NCBI GenBank assembly: GCA_002104905.1 | Contig: MCFE01000511.1 | Location: 784-64,783, forward strand | Source of the DNA: Basidiobolus meristosporus CBS 931.73 | Lineage: Eukaryota; Fungi; Basidiobolomycota | Reading direction: 5' to 3' | DNA: 64,000 nt | Shown: positions 1 through 12,784 of the stretch, in pieces | Layout: every line of letters begins with the position of its first letter | How positions within the stretch are numbered: position 1 is the stretch's first letter | The notes under the pieces: model-generated | The model's input: the letters and a program-made list of their open reading frames with translations, nothing else | Told to the model about the DNA's origin: nothing | Databases searched by the model: none | Translations under genes and position numbers: made by a program

Positions 1-1830
1 GTCAAGCTAGATGGTCCCTGTTCCTGTCTAGCTTTAACTTTGCCATTATCTATAGACCAGTGAGACCAGGAAAACCTGATGCCTTGTCCAGAATGGTGGA
101 GTATTCCCTAGACAAAGGGGATGATGACTATCAGCAAATGAAATACCCTGTACTCAACAAAAGACACTTTGAATTCCTGGCAACCCAGTCCTCTAGTAGT
201 ATAACTCCTTTAACCCTTGAGGAAGTAAAGACCAGCAAAGTCACCAATTCCACAGCTGCTACAGTCAAAAAATATCTCAAGTCTCCCACTGACCCACCAC
301 CCAGGCTCCCAAACCTCCAACACCTACATCTAGTCAATGACATCATCTATTGCAAGCACCAACTATCTGTCCCAGACCCTGAGATCCAGTTGGATATTAT
401 AGGTTCTTGCCATGATTCTATGGCTGTATGACATTTAGGTACTGCCAAAACCATGAATGCAATCACAAGAGACTTCTGGTGGCCCAAGATGATATCCCTT
501 TTAAGGAGTACCTCCAGCTGTGAGATACATGTAATTGTGGAAAATCTGTCAGACACCAGCCATATGGACTTCTTTATCCCTTGCCAATCCCTGACCATTA
601 ATGATAGTCAATTTCAATGGACTTCATAACCCACCACCTAGAATTCAACCAAATTAACTCAGTTCTGGTAGTGGTGGATAGACACACAAAGATGGCTCAC
701 TTCATTCCCTGCAAGAATATTGATACCAAGAAAGCTGCCACTTAGTAATCAAGAGTATTTTCCTGCTCAATGGTATCCCAAGCTATATTGTATCTGATAG
801 AGGACCCCAGTTCATATCAAATTCTGGAAACACCTCATCCTCAGTCATATGGTCAGACTGAAATAATTAGCCAGATCCTTGAATAATGCTTCCAGTGCTG
901 TATCACCTATTGGCAAGACAACTGGACCAAGCTGCTAACACTTGCGGAATTTGCCTACAGCAATATATGTCATAGTGCAACTGGTCTCATCTCATTCTAT
1001 GCAAATGATGGTTTTCATCTGTAATTTAATATTTAGATTCCAACAACCCTGTGAGTCCCCCAGCAGTTAAACATGCATCAGCAATTTTAGAAATCCAAGA
1101 AGCACTCAGAATTAACTATCCTTAGCCCATGAGGGGTACAAGCAGTTGAAGTACATCAGATCATAACTTCACCACCTGGTAGACTAGGTTGGTTATTGCC
1201 CAAATGACCAAACTTGGGAACCTGCAACAAACATGACAAACTGCCAAGTTCTAGTTGCACTATCTCACCTGCCATACCCCAACAAGCCAAAGCCAAAAGC
1301 TTGAGGAAGGCCCCTCCAAAGAGGAGAATAGAGTCACAATTACGTGACATTCTTAACCTTTCATGATTTGTCTGAATCAAGCTGGTGAAGAAGTCCCAAT
1401 TCCTTATAGAGTGTTCTACTATATTCTAGCAACTTCTGGAAGGCTATAAGTCAATGTTACCTAATGGATCATTCTACAGAAGCTTCACTTTGTAATATAT
1501 GTTGATCATTACCATAGTTAATAATTACATACTACATGACGTAGTTACATGATCAGCTGACTCTTTGCATATCCCAATGTGATGTTCTAGTCTGTCTTTA
1601 ATATATTTCTATCTTGACACACTTACTGTGCCTCACCCCAGAACCCCATAAGTAATAGAGTTGTATCTCCCTCTTATGTACTCCTCAGTCTGATAAATAC
1701 AGGTCTTGAATCAACTGCCTTGCTGTAGAAATCTGCCTTGCCTTGTTGATCCATGCCTAGGTTCTTTCTTGGTCTTGCCTTGCCTAGTACTATTCCCCTA
1801 CCTTGAGTCTACTCATAACACCTACAGATT
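1..1830 (+). mobile_element. Degenerate Ty3/Gypsy chromovirus 3' half (RNase H end, integrase, chromodomain, probable LTR remnant)
   Basis: KPDALSR at ~69; integrase Zn-finger region HDSMAV*HLGTAKTMNAITRDFWWPKM; IVSDRGPQF near 790; chromodomain-like HLVD*VGYCPNDQTWEPATNM at ~1173-1235; many stops. The LTR boundary is uncertain. Confidence 0.75.
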
Positions 1831-2340
1831 CCATCTCATCCACCAGCAGGGAAATTCTGTTGATTAGACTTTTCACTTCTTCTCCTGGTAACATCTTTGT
1901 AGTGAAGAATTTCTGCCTAGAATGCACCATCTTGGCAGCCAAACATGACTAGTATGTGTCTTCCAGTGCCTTCCAGGCATTATTTGCTGGTTTTCCTCTT
2001 GAGCATTGAATTAGCAATTTGTCTTTGACATTAAGGAAACTGCAGGTAGAAGTACTTTGTTTTTTCTTGTGGTACTTTGATGATTCCTCCCCAACATTCT
2101 TAGGAGGAGATTATTCTCCCATGAGAACATCTGTAAAGCCTCTTACTTGCAGCATCATTTTCATCTTTACTTTCCACACTAGGAAACTCAATCCATCCAG
2201 CTTTTCAGTGGAGGGAAAAGTTCCAGTAATAATAGTAGTAGCCATTGCAGAGAATGACAGCTTGGGGCTCATAACCTGTTGCAAGAGTCTTTGAGAAATT
2301 AAAAGTGAATGGGATAACAAGTGGACCATGTGGTTTTCCC
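1826..2340 (-). mobile_element. Old Copia-A fragment (LTR end, PBS, start of gag)
   Basis: Reverse complement matches the Copia-A 5' region: PBS GGTTATGAGCCCC at ~2264-2276 and EKLDGLSFLVWKVKMKMML in ORF 2111..2491. Confidence 0.75.
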
Positions 2341-2449
2341 TCATTGATTTAATAGACTTGTTCTGTTGGATAGCGTCACATAGTGCCAGCCTATTTATAG
2401 TGCTGGATCTATCTGGCACTACATTTTCTACCATAATGCTCCAGACACA

Positions 2450-3300
2450 TTTCTCTCTGCAGATGCCTTCTTGCACAGATATACTGTGCATTGATAAGTA
2501 TCTTAACTACTTTACCTGCTGTGCTGTTTTCTCCTATATATGACTTTCATCTATATTTACCTAGCAACATGCTAAATCTCTTCAATTATCCAAACGTATG
2601 CTCTACCCTCACTCTGAAATGATTCATTATCTCACTGTAGAGCCTCTGCTTCCTGCCAAGCACAACATCCCTTGGCTACCTACAAGCTGTAGTACATTCT
2701 AGTATCTGACAATCCACTCCTATGTAAGCTAGGTCTGCCATACATTTCTCCCTCTACTGAATTCTGCATTAATCTCTACCCAAAGTGCTTTTTCACGCCT
2801 GCTTCCAGCAAATGGCCCATTAAACCAGATAATGTTACCCTCAATGTCAGACAGTGCTTGAAACTTCACACAGTGTGCCTTGTAGTTGTCAGAATAAAAG
2901 TACCTCTGCCCTCTAGAACGTCTGTTTATACTGATTGGGATGGTATCCAAAATACGCCTTATATGGAACCTGTTGCTGAACACTCTAAGATATGGATGTC
3001 TATTTGAGCTTATGAGCCTAGTATTCCAAGCTTACTCTAAGTCATTCATACCCTCTGCAATGTAGTTCTCCATTACTGTCAGCTGGGAATGAGAGCTTCT
3101 AGGACTTTTGTTGCCATGGATGATCAGATGAAACCTTGTGGTGCAATAGTTCTTGTAGTAGCAAAGAAGCTTAACCAGGGATCTCCTTGAGTTGCTTGAG
3201 GTAGACAGTCCACAGTACTTGGTATAGATCTCCTCTAGTGAGTCAAAAGGAAATCCAGAAATAGTGATGGGATTGATGAGAAAAGACCATTCTGATTATT
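2450..3300 (-). mobile_element. PIF/Harbinger-type DDE transposase relic
   Basis: Minus-strand motifs in the expected order: ILDTIPISINR (first D), QRYFYSDNYKAHCVKFQ...GNIIWFNGPFAGS, MADLAYIG (second D), RVRVEHTFG*LKRFSML (catalytic E). Frameshifts and stops are present. Confidence 0.8.
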
Positions 3301-3949
3301 AAGTCATAGCAAGATTGGTAGGTGATTGGGCTGAGGTTATTTGAGTCAATTTGGTGTAATCAGCCTTATTTATCTGATTTTCCATATATTAAGATCAGAT
3401 CCCCATCAATTGCCATGTATCCTATCATTATCTTGCAAAAATCAACCTCAAACAATGACTTGGTATCTTTATTGATGCTTTACTCACAAGTCTATAATCA
3501 GATAGGAAATCTGCCATTGATGCAATCTGACCTGTGTCAATGCAATCCCAGATGCATCATGCATAATATATGGAATATTCAACAATCACATCAGTTATTA
3601 TATATATTTCATATAAGACCAGGTTGATGCCAATGCACTACTGTATAAGTATCCAAATATGTCACTATGGTCTTTATACTAAGTTTCAACTCATCTTTAG
3701 TACATCCCAGACAAAACTCATCCCCCAGCTCAGAAGCTGGGTCTGGACCAGAGAAGTCAACATTGGATCCATTTGAGTTCTTGCTTTATGATTTTAGTAT
3801 GGCCCAAGTGTCAATGATGAGGCTTGATATAGATATTTGGGCACTACATATTAATCTAGCAGAACTAGATACCTCCACAAGTTGACAGAGACTGAAGAAC
3901 CTGAGTAGAAAGCTGTGGCATGAGCTCTACATCAAGATGCCAGCAGATA

Positions 3950-4820
3950 TATATAAGAAGATATTTAACAAAACAAGTATTGAAATCCAGAATGAGCTGA
4001 GAGCAAAGGGATTTGATGAGGAAGCCCCATAGGAGCAATATTGCATGCAATTTGCTCATTATGGGCCAGATGCGTCCATTTTGCCTCAACTTGGGGAACC
4101 AAACAGATTTTGAATGAGTTTTTTACCTACATTGACCAATGTTCTACATGATCTATTAATAGAGCTAGGTGGCTTCTAAGAGCAATAAGCACCGGACTCA
4201 TCCAGGCAACAGTTCCAAAGTATTGGACAGAGGGTAAATGAGTAACTTGAGAAAACACAAGGTGAGCTTCTAGTGGAAGAATGCAGTCTGCAAGCCGCAG
4301 TATCTAGATTGTGCCAGCATGCCTTGCTGGATTGATTACCATCCATTGCAACTTCAGCATGCTGGTGCACATCAGTCCAAACTATGCCAGCACCCTTCAC
4401 AAGAGCACCCCACATTGAGTCCATGTGTGGCGGGTCTACATGTGTGCTTCAGAGCAAAACCACCAGAACTTGCAAAACTGCTCATTTAGACACAAGTTAA
4501 AATGGTAAGTATCAGTGTAGCTTAAAGTGTGATTGGCGTTTATTTCCACTTACATTCAAGAAAAATATCCAAATATCTAGTTTTACCTGCCATAATGGTG
4601 GAATCCAATTGCACACATGATGCAAACATTAGAAGTTGCTGCAATCATCCATGCCAACCTCATTGCGTCAGATTGTGCCATAGTGTGCAAGATGGTCCTA
4701 CATGGTGCAAACTTGTCCAAGAGCAATCCTGCCTACCAGAAGCTACAATATTGCACCCAATAGCTCTTAGAGACTGCAGATTGAGCTGTGCACCCTGGCA
4801 AGGTATAATGTGATGGGTCT
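3950..4820 (+). repeat. Unclassified repeat X, copy 1 (decayed coding sequence, internal deletion)
   Basis: Aligns by eye with the reverse complement of 10630-12340 (shared peptide TSIEI.NELR..GFD.E); lacks about 0.85 kb that is present in copy 2. Confidence 0.75.
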
Positions 4821-4824
4821 ATTG

Positions 4825-5092
4825 GTTGTAAATATAGTATGTATACTTTTACATGGTTCTGGTATATGAAACATGTAAAATAGGTTTAGGTAGGTCCCTG
4901 GAGCATGTGCAAAGTGTGGGGCTGTTTGGAGAGCTTGGAGAATATTTATGCTGTGGGTACCTGATACATTGGTGAAAATACCCCAAGTGAGTTCTAACGA
5001 GAATTTTGGTCAGTATTCTCTAAGATCTGTAGGTAATGATCCAAGTGACCAAGTTAGGTTAATATTCAAGTGGAGTTGCAAATTTTACAGCA
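4825..5092 (-). repeat. Diverged Copia-A LTR
   Basis: Reverse complement resembles the 349-bp LTR (e.g. CACCAATGTATCAGGTACCCA, CCAAACAGCCCCACACTTTGCACATG). Confidence 0.7.
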
Positions 5093-5149
5093 TAAAGAAG
5101 TAATTGATGCACCAGATATAGCAATAACCTTACTGTCTGCAGGCAAGGT

Positions 5150-5775
5150 CATTGCAAAAGGACTCTGTTTGAGCTTACACTTAGATATCTCATATTAGGT
5201 TGGAGTTATCAGCCAGCATATTCAGAATGATGGATATGATCATATGGCAGCAGTTATGTGCATTTTTAGAAACCTACATAGAAGTGCTGACATCTGTGTT
5301 AGGTATACTTAGAAGTATTCAAAACAAGACCTTGTGGGACACTGTGATGCTGAAAGGGGGCAAAATTCAAAGGACAGAAGATCCACTGCAGGATTCACCT
5401 TTCATTACTGTTAAGGGGCAATTTCATCAAATTCAAGAAACCTACCACCTGGAGCACTATCTGCCACAGAGGCACAGTATTTGGCAGCCAGTGAAGCAAC
5501 AAAGGAAGCAATGTGGTTTAGAAAGCTTTTACAGATTGAGGCCTTAGTCTAGAGAGGCCTGCAACCTTATTTCATGATTATCAGGAAGGTATAGGAAAGC
5601 CTTAAAAGACTTATGCTTATGTCAAAAAATGCAAATCACTTTGCTTCAATATAATACAGGAAGCTGATAATAGGTAGAAATCCAGCTTTTCATGCTAGAA
5701 ATAGGCACATAGATATAGAACTTATTTGATACATAAAGCTATAGAGAATCATTTTGCTTATTTTACTGTCCTAAA
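5150..5775 (+). mobile_element. Old Copia-A RT/RNase H 3' fragment
   Basis: Diverged match to 9540-10110 (e.g. CCACAGAGGCACAGTATTTGGCAGCCAGTGAAGCAACAAAGGAAGCAATGTGG); frameshifted. Confidence 0.7.
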
Positions 5776-5845
5776 GAAAATTTCCAGCAGTAGCAGTGGT
5801 AGCCATTGCAGAGAAACAGCTTGAGGCTCATAACTTTATGTAAGA

Positions 5846-6194
5846 ATAATGTAGATATTGAAATTCCACCTAAATATTCACCTAAATTTGTCACTTAGAT
5901 CATTACCCTCAATTCCTAGAGAATACTGAACAAATTCCTTGTTGGGATTTACTTAGAATATTCTCACCAAAATACCAGGTACCCAGAACATGAAAATTCT
6001 CAAAGTTGTCCAAACAGACCCAAACTTTGCATACATGTTTTTGGGACCTTTCTTAACCTATTCTACGTGTTTGTAATGCCAAGACCAGGTAAAAGTGTAA
6101 GTACTACTTTTACATTCAATAAATCATCAAGTGAAAACCACATAATCTACTTGTTCTCCCAATCACTTCCAATATCTCCAAGACTCTTACAACA
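5846..6194 (+). repeat. 5' LTR of Copia-A copy 1 (left ~20 nt diverged)
   Basis: Matches 10179-10527 and ends TTACAACA; the left terminus does not match TGTTGTAA. Confidence 0.85.
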
Positions 6195-6206
6195 GGTTAT
6201 GAGCCC
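6195..6206 (+). promoter_or_regulatory. Primer-binding site for half-tRNAiMet (Ty5/copia type)
   Basis: GGTTATGAGCCC directly after the LTR is complementary to the anticodon arm GGGCUCAUAACC of fungal initiator tRNA-Met. Confidence 0.85.
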
Positions 6207-9200
6207 CAAGCTGTCACTCTCTACAATGTCTACTACTGCTATTACTGGAATTTTTCCCTCTGCTGAAAAGTTGGATGGATCTAACTACCAAGTGTGGAAG
6301 GTGAAGATGAAGATGCTGCTACAAGAAAGAGGCCTTTGGGATATTGTCATGGGAGAAGACTGCCCTCTTAAAAACATGGGAGAGGAAGCCTTAAAGTATC
6401 AGAAGAAGAACAAAGTGCCTTTAACTGCATCTGCCTTAATGTCAAGGACAAATTGCTAATTCAATGCTCAAGAGCAATAATGGCAAAGAATGCCTGGAAG
6501 GCATTAGAAGACGCCTACCAGTCATGCTCAGCTGCCAAGAAAATGTATCTGAGACATAAATTCTTTACTACAAAGATGCTGCCAGGAGAAGAAATGAAAA
6601 ATCTAATTAACAGAATTACCCTGCTGGTAGATGAGATGGAATCTGTGGGTGTACCAACTACTGATGCGGATGTGATAGTTACCATTCTGAATAGCCTGAC
6701 AGACAGGTTTCAGGGCCTTGTATCAGCCCTAGAGTCCAGAACTGAAGATTTGACCTTAAATTACGTATATGGAAGGCTCCTGGATGAAGAATTAAGAAAA
6801 TCAAGCGCTAATAAGAAGGAAGAAGAAAATGCTTTAATAAGCAATGATAACCAACAAAGGAGGTACCCAAGACCCTACAAAGGCAACAGCAGCCTGTTTT
6901 GTAACTACTGCAAAAGGAAAGGACACACATCAGACTGGTGTCTCAAAAAGAAAGATAATCAACAAAAGAAGCCTGAATATGGAAATGCTGCAACAACTGA
7001 AGATAGACTATTCATATCTGTACTAAATATGACCACAAACAAGGATTCTCAGATGTGGTATATTGACTCTGGAGCTTATCAACACTTTACACACCAAAAA
7101 GAACTTTTTTCCCAATATCAAGTAATTCCAATTAAGAAGGTTTTCATGGGTAACAATAAAACACTTGATGCAGTGGGAGAAGGAACCATCCAAGTAAACC
7201 TTAGAAGCAGTGAAAGAAGCTATACACTGACCTTTAAAGAAGTACTCTATGTACCAGAAATAGCCAAGAACCTACTCTGTGTAAGCAAGGCCACAGCAGA
7301 AGGACTCAGTTTCAGTTTTGACAATTCTGGATGCAGGTTCACTGATCAAAATGGTGTCCATATTGCTTTGGGCATCAGAGATCAGAATCTATACAAGTTG
7401 ACTTATATTCCATCATATCTGGAAGCCAATATAAGTAACTTAAATGAAGAAACACCAATGCTTTGGCACAGGAAATTTGGGCACATCAATTTTAATTATT
7501 TGCGTAAAATGATCAAAGATCAGCTAGTTTATGGAGTGAAAATTGATCCCTCAGCTAATTTGGAGCACTGTGAAGCCTGCATAAATGGGAAACAAGCCAG
7601 ACAACCGTTCAAGAGCTCTGGGTTAATCATAACTAAGAAAAAATTAGATCTAATTCACTCAGATCTGTGTGGACCTATGCAAAATTTATCCTTAGGCAGG
7701 ATGAAGTATTTAATCACTTTATTGATGATCATACAAGATAAACATGGGTCTACTTCATGGAGAGAAAGGAAGAAGCTCTGTCTAAGTTCAGGGAGTTTAA
7801 AGCCATGGTGGAGAGAGAAACTGGTGAAAAAATCAAGAAAATACGCTCTGACAATGGTGGAGAATATACCTCAACACTCTTCATCCACTTCTGCAAATTT
7901 CATGGGATAAAGCAAGAGACTACAGTACCATACTCCCCACAGCAAAATGGAGTAACAGAACAAGCTAACAGATCAATAGTTGATATGGCAAGATCTATGA
8001 TACATGATCAAAAGTTATCCTATGATTTTTGGGCAGAATCAGTTGCCACTGCTGTATACCTTAAAATTAGGAGTTATAACAGAATACTTTGTGATTCTAC
8101 TCCATTTGAAGCATGGCATGGATACAGACCAAGTGCAGAACATCTAAGAGTATTTGGGTGTACAGCATATGCCAAAAAACTGGCCGGAAATCAGTCAAAA
8201 TTTGAGCCAAAAAGTGTAAAATGCATAGTTTTGGGCTACTGCAATGAGAGTAAGGCATACAGACTCTACAATACCAAAGCAAAGAAACTGATCAAGTCCA
8301 GGGATGTGTTGTTTGATGAAAATTCAAAATTCTCAAAAAAATGACATCCGATGATGACAAAAATTTGATCTCAAGTCCACCAATTGTCAGGATTGAACCA
8401 GAGCAAAACAATGAAAATTTTTTCACTCCAGAGGACTCTACAACTGTGGTTCAGCCAGAATCAGTGCCCAGGAATATCCCAGAAGTGATCATTCCAGTAT
8501 CAAATGCCCAGAGATCCCAGCGGACAAGAAATAGCCCAAATTACTATATCAATGAGGGTACAAACTTAGCCTATGCCTATTCAGTCCATGTTGATAAACC
8601 CCAGACTGTAAAAGAGGCCCTAAATAGCCCTCAGACAAAGTTTTGGAGATCTGCAATGACTGAGGAATATCAGGCCCTAATGGAAAATCAAACTTGGGAC
8701 TTAGTCAAATTACCAATCAACCAAAAATCAATTGGATGCAGATGAGTCTTCAAGACAAAATACAAAGCTGATGGTACAATTGAAAGATACAAAGCAAGAC
8801 TTGTGGCCAAAGCATACTCTCAAACAAAAGGACTTGACTATACTGAGACCTTTGCACCGGTAGCCAAGTTTAATTCCATCAGATTAATATTGGCTATTGC
8901 AGACAAATATAAGTTTTTTATTCATCAAATGGATGTAAAAACTGCATTTTCAAGTGGAGAACTTGATGAGGACATGTATATGGACTAGCCTGATGGGTTT
9001 GTTGACCAAGATAACCCCCATTTGGTCTGCAAGCTCAAAAAGTCACTATATGGTCTCAAACAATCACCAAGAGCCTGGATTTGCACAATAGATTCTTATT
9101 TGGAATCCTTGAGTTTCAAAAGAAGTAATGCTGACTATAGTATATACTATAAGCCAGATAGAGCAAATCCAGTTGTATTAGGTATATATGTGTATGATCT

Positions 9201-10178
9201 TATTATAGCCGCCAATAACCTAGAAACGTTGGAAGAGACTAAATCCAGCCTATCTAATGAGTTCAAGATGTCTGATTTAGATGAACTTGGTTACTACTTA
9301 GGGATTAAGCTCTCTATATACAGAGGTACCCAGACTATCACCCTAAGTTAATCCAAGTATATTCAAGATATACTAAAGAAGTACAGAATGGAAGACTGTA
9401 AACCAGTGGCTACCCCAATGGAGACAAACCTTAACTTGGTGAAAACTCAACCAAATCAAGAGAGCTTGGTGCCATTTGAAAGCCCTGACTTTCCTTATCA
9501 ATCTATAGTCAGCAGTCTGATGTATATCATGCTTGAAACACGTCCAGATATCTCATATTTGGTGGGAGTTGTCAGCCAACATAATCAGAACCATGGATCT
9601 GATCATATTGCAGCAGTTAAGCAGATTTTTAGATACCCAAAAGGAACTGCTGATATCTGCTTAAGATATACTTATAAGGATTCAGAACAGGATCTTGTGG
9701 GATACTCTGATGCTGATTGGGGACAAAATTTAGAAGACAGAAGATCCACCACAGGATACACCTTTCTTTACAGTAAAGGAGCAATATCATGGAATTCAAG
9801 AAAGCAACCAACCGTAGTACTTTCCACCACAGAGGCAGAGTATATGGCAGCCTGTGAAGCTACAAAAGAAGCAATGCGGTTAAGAACGCTCTTTACAGAT
9901 TTAGGCCTATGTCAAAAAACACCTATTACTTTATTTCAAGATAATCAAGGATGTATACAATTAGGTAGAAATCCAACTTTTCATGCTAGAACCAAGCACA
10001 TAGATATTAGACATCATTTCATATGTGAAGCTATAGAGAATAACTTAGTTAGCTTAGCTTACTGTCCTACAAATGAAATGACTGCAGACATATTTACCAA
10101 ACCATTAGCTAGAGACAAGTTTGATTATCTTAGGTCAAAATTAGGACTAGTCAGTATGAACATTTAGCTGAGTGGGAG

Positions 10179-10527
10179 TGTTGTAAAAATTTGTATTTCC
10201 ACCTAAATATCTACCTAACTTAGTCACTTAGATCATCACCTTCAGATCCTAGAGAATACTGACCAAATTCCTTGTTGGGATTTACTTAGAATATTTTCAC
10301 TAAAATACCAGGTACCCAGAACATGAAAATTCTCAAAGTTGTCCAAACAGCCCCAAACCTTGCACACATGTTCTTGGGACCTTCCTTAACCTATTCTACG
10401 TGTTGGTAATGCCAAGACTAGGTAAAGGTATAAATACTACTTTTACATTCAATAAATCATTAAGTGAAAACTGCATAATCTACTTGTTCTCCCAATCACT
10501 TCCAATATCTCCAAGACTCTTACAACA
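10179..10527 (+). repeat. 3' LTR of Copia-A copy 1 (349 bp)
   Basis: TGTTGTAA...TTACAACA termini, preceded by the PPT. Confidence 0.92.
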
Positions 10528-10629
10528 TACAAAACATGCAGAATAGGTTTAGGAAGGCTCTAAGAGCATTTGTGAAACGTTTGGGGCTGTTTGGACAAGT
10601 ATAAGAATTTTCATGTTCTGGGTGCTTAA

Positions 10630-12340
10630 TATAATAGACTTGTTCCATTGTACCGTGCCAGGGCATACGGCGCAATCTGCAGTTGTAAAGAACAATTGGG
10701 TGCAACATTATAGCTACCAGAAGGAAGGATTGTTCTTGGACAATTTTGCACTATGCGGGACAATCTTGCACACTATGGCTCAATCTGACACAATGAGGTT
10801 GGCACGGATGATTGAGCCAACTTGTAATGTTTGCATCACGTGCGCAATTGGGTACCGCTATTATGGCAGGTAAAATCCGGTATTTGGATATGTTTCTTTA
10901 GTGTAAATGGAAATAAATGTGTATCACACTATAAACTACACTGATACTTACCATTTTGGTTATCCTCACTCCAATTGGACGGTATCTCAGTGGTTAATTG
11001 GTCCAAAAGTATCCTGAAGCTGGCAGCCCCAATTGGCTCATTGACTGCTAAAAAAGCTACCTAATTTGCCTTCAAATATCCCATTTTGCTCATTGAGCAA
11101 GTAAATCCCTGATCCTAGTGATTGGACAAGATGTCATAGCCAGCACGCAAGCAATTGTGTAGGTGCAAAACAGATCCAATAGCTGCACTGGTATTACAGA
11201 TGACATATATATATGCAGGGTGTTTATTTATAGGGGCTCTGTCTCAAATGTGAAACAACCTTGATATTACTTATATCAAAAATTTGATGGTCACTGATTT
11301 GCAATGGCTCAATTTGGATTGCAAAAAAAATGGGTTGTCAGGATCATTACAAATGTGAGCAATTCAAAGCAATTGCATTATCTTCTCCTGGGTTTTTTTC
11401 TCACAGGGAGTACTACTGAAGCATTTGGTAGTGACTCACTTTGCACAGCTATACTACTTCCTGGCTGACTATCATCTTGGCTACTTGTGTATTCATAGTC
11501 AGTATTTTGCATCCTAGTTGATGAGTGCGATGCTACAGCTTAGCCGCGCTGAATTGCTCCAACTGAACCAACTGAACCGGCCTGTAGTGCCACACGCTGA
11601 CGCGTTCTTTTACTTGCTAAGGGCTCTGGTGGTTGAGGCACTTCATGTTGGTCATCATCAGTCAGTTCACCAGAAGTAACTTGCTGATGGTCAGGCAAAA
11701 CGGCACGCGCAGGCGCGCCTTGACACGTTGAGATGGCCCTTGGCTGAGTTTGATGTGATGCTGCAAGTTGACACGACTTGGTCCGCTCCAATGGACTTGT
11801 GTCTAAATGAGCTGTTTGGCGAGTTCTTGTAGTTTTGCTCTGAAGAGCGTGCGTTGACCCAACACAAGTTGACTCAATGCACGTTGACTCAATGCTGGGC
11901 GTTCTGGTAAAGGGTGTTGGCGTACTCTGACTGACGTGTGCTGGCACGCTGTGGTTGCAAGAGATGGTAGGGAATCCAGCAAGGGGTGCTGGCACAATCT
12001 GGACAATGTTGCTTGCGGTCTGTATTCTTCCTCCTGAAGCTCACCATCTGATTCCTCAAGGTATTCACTTACCCTCTGTCTGATACTTTGGAGCTGTTGC
12101 CTGGATGAGTCCTGTGTATATTGCTCTCGGAAGCCACTTAGCTCTACTAATATATCACATAGTACATTAGTCATTTGAGGCAAAAACTCATTCAAAATTT
12201 CTTTGGTTCCCAAAGTTGAGGCACAAACGGACGCGTCCAGCCTGTACTGTGCAAATTGCGCTCAAAATTGCTCCCGCGCGACTTCTTTGTCAAATCCCCT
12301 CACTCTCAGCTCATTCTTGATTTCAATACTTGTCTTGTTA
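10630..12340 (-). repeat. Unclassified repeat X, copy 2 (decayed coding sequence, CpG partly retained)
   Basis: Homologous to 3950-4820; ORF-track pieces 11803..12213 and 11540..11995; cut at ~12340 by LTR-like repeat B. Confidence 0.7.
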
Positions 12341-12341
12341 T

Positions 12342-12775
12342 ATATTTTTAGCTCATAGTGATGTCATCAAGAATTCCACTGATACCTAGAATCTTCTAGA
12401 ACCTTGTCATTAGTAATCACTTGGCAATCAGGAAAAGTATTTAAGGGAAAGCAATCTCTCATCAATAAGTCATCCCTTCTATCAGTAACACTTCTACCTT
12501 ATTGATTAGCAGTTGATCACTGCACCTGCCTTCAACAGTACATCTCAGACCTGCCATCAAGGAGCTTTTCAGGGTAGTGCACAAGACACACAGAGGCCTT
12601 TGGAGACACTTGGAGCACCTAGGAAGCTAGAGAAGCAGGAGCTTTTACCATAGTGACATATTGACAAAGACACCAGCAGTTTAGACACAGAGGTTATTGC
12701 ACCCATCAGACACCTCACACACCTTGAGTTGTGTAGCTTCTCCCAGGAGTACCTCTACACCACCACACCGCACCA
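12342..12775 (+). repeat. LTR-like repeat B
   Basis: Near-identical reverse complement of 57995-58430; its flank is related to 13130-13420. Confidence 0.75.
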
Positions 12776-12784
12776 AAGGATATT

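Larger units (their letters stand above)
5846..10527 (+). mobile_element. Ty1/Copia LTR retrotransposon, Copia-A copy 1 (full length, degenerate)
   Basis: gag (CNYCKRKGHTSDWC knuckle), protease (WYIDSGA), integrase (HSDLCGP, RSDNGGEY, PQQNG), RT, RNase H (YSDADW, KHIDIRHHF) in Copia order; several frameshifts and stops; LTRs at both ends; PPT GCTGAGTGGGAG at ~10167-10178. Confidence 0.95.

Noticed and set aside
4500-10960. Inverted repeats (4500-4820 and 10630-10960) as TIRs of a large element enclosing Copia-A copy 1
   Set aside because: They are internal parts of two diverged copies of repeat X with different deletions, not matched termini with a TSD.
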